Assembly (NCBI GenBank): GCA_011364925.1
Contig: RDOA01000025.1
Coordinates: 1 to 49,261 of the forward strand
Length of the DNA stretch: 49,261 nucleotides
Source: Promethearchaeota archaeon
GTDB taxonomy: Archaea > Asgardarchaeota > Lokiarchaeia > Sigyniarchaeales > SOKP01
Reading direction: 5' to 3'
This document shows, piece after piece, positions 49,052 through 49,261 of the stretch (positions within the stretch are counted from its first letter, which is position 1; every line of letters begins with the position of its first letter). The notes under the pieces were generated by a model, which did no database searches, was not told the origin of the DNA, and was given only the letters and a program-made list of their open reading frames with translations. The translations under genes and the position numbers were made by a program.

Positions 49052-49261
49052 ATGGCTCAACCAAGATTTGATGTCTACGGATCTGTTCATAAAGGCATAC
49101 GCTTTTTAATGTCCGAACTGATGTTTGAGTTAGGAAAAGCGAACGTAAATAACGCATCAGAACTAAATGCTTTAGGAGAAAAGTTGAGATACCTCTGGGA
49201 TATATTAAAAGCTCATGCTCAAGGAGAGGAGGAATTCATTTTTCCTTATCTATTGAAAGAA
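49052..49261 (+). CDS. hemerythrin (HHE) domain protein, 5' part; runs off the window edge
   Basis: Manual translation: MAQPRFDVYGSVHKGIR...LKAHAQGEEEFIFPYL (H...HxxxEE.IFP). Confidence 0.85.
   Translation, partial: MAQPRFDVYGSVHKGIRFLMSELMFELGKANVNNASELNALGEKLRYLWDILKAHAQGEEEFIFPYLLKE

Noticed and set aside
1-49261. Selenocysteine read-through, tRNA/rRNA genes, IS elements, integrases
   Set aside because: No gene appears truncated at an internal TGA. I saw no GC-rich structured RNA segment and no transposase or integrase motifs. A covariance-model scan would be needed to exclude small ncRNAs.

Overview
AT-rich, gene-dense archaeal window, most likely from a Lokiarchaeota-type Asgard archaeon. 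The basis is two secreted beta-helix proteins ending in IPGY-TM-basic (Loki-CTERM-like) tails, archaeal TATA/poly-T intergenic signals, a WOR5-type tungsten oxidoreductase and an ADP-forming acyl-CoA synthetase subunit. There are about 50 CDSs, mostly metabolic, detoxification, redox and surface genes. I saw no rRNA, tRNA, CRISPR or IS element. The main highlight is a co-oriented minus-strand light-associated cluster: heliorhodopsin, Asp/Glu racemase, class II CPD photolyase and a plant-like STAY-GREEN (Mg-dechelatase) homolog, followed by a methyltransferase, a pterin-carbinolamine dehydratase remnant and an RDH/POR-type SDR. Other highlights are a CWH43/PGAP2IP-like membrane EEP protein near C-terminally anchored surface proteins, a 708-aa protein with EQERL and ER/K charged repeats, a WOR5-like two-gene operon, a bacterial-type LDH, an RNase HII-like orphan and an ABC permease with an apparent ATT start. 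All family calls come from motif recognition by eye; no database search was run.
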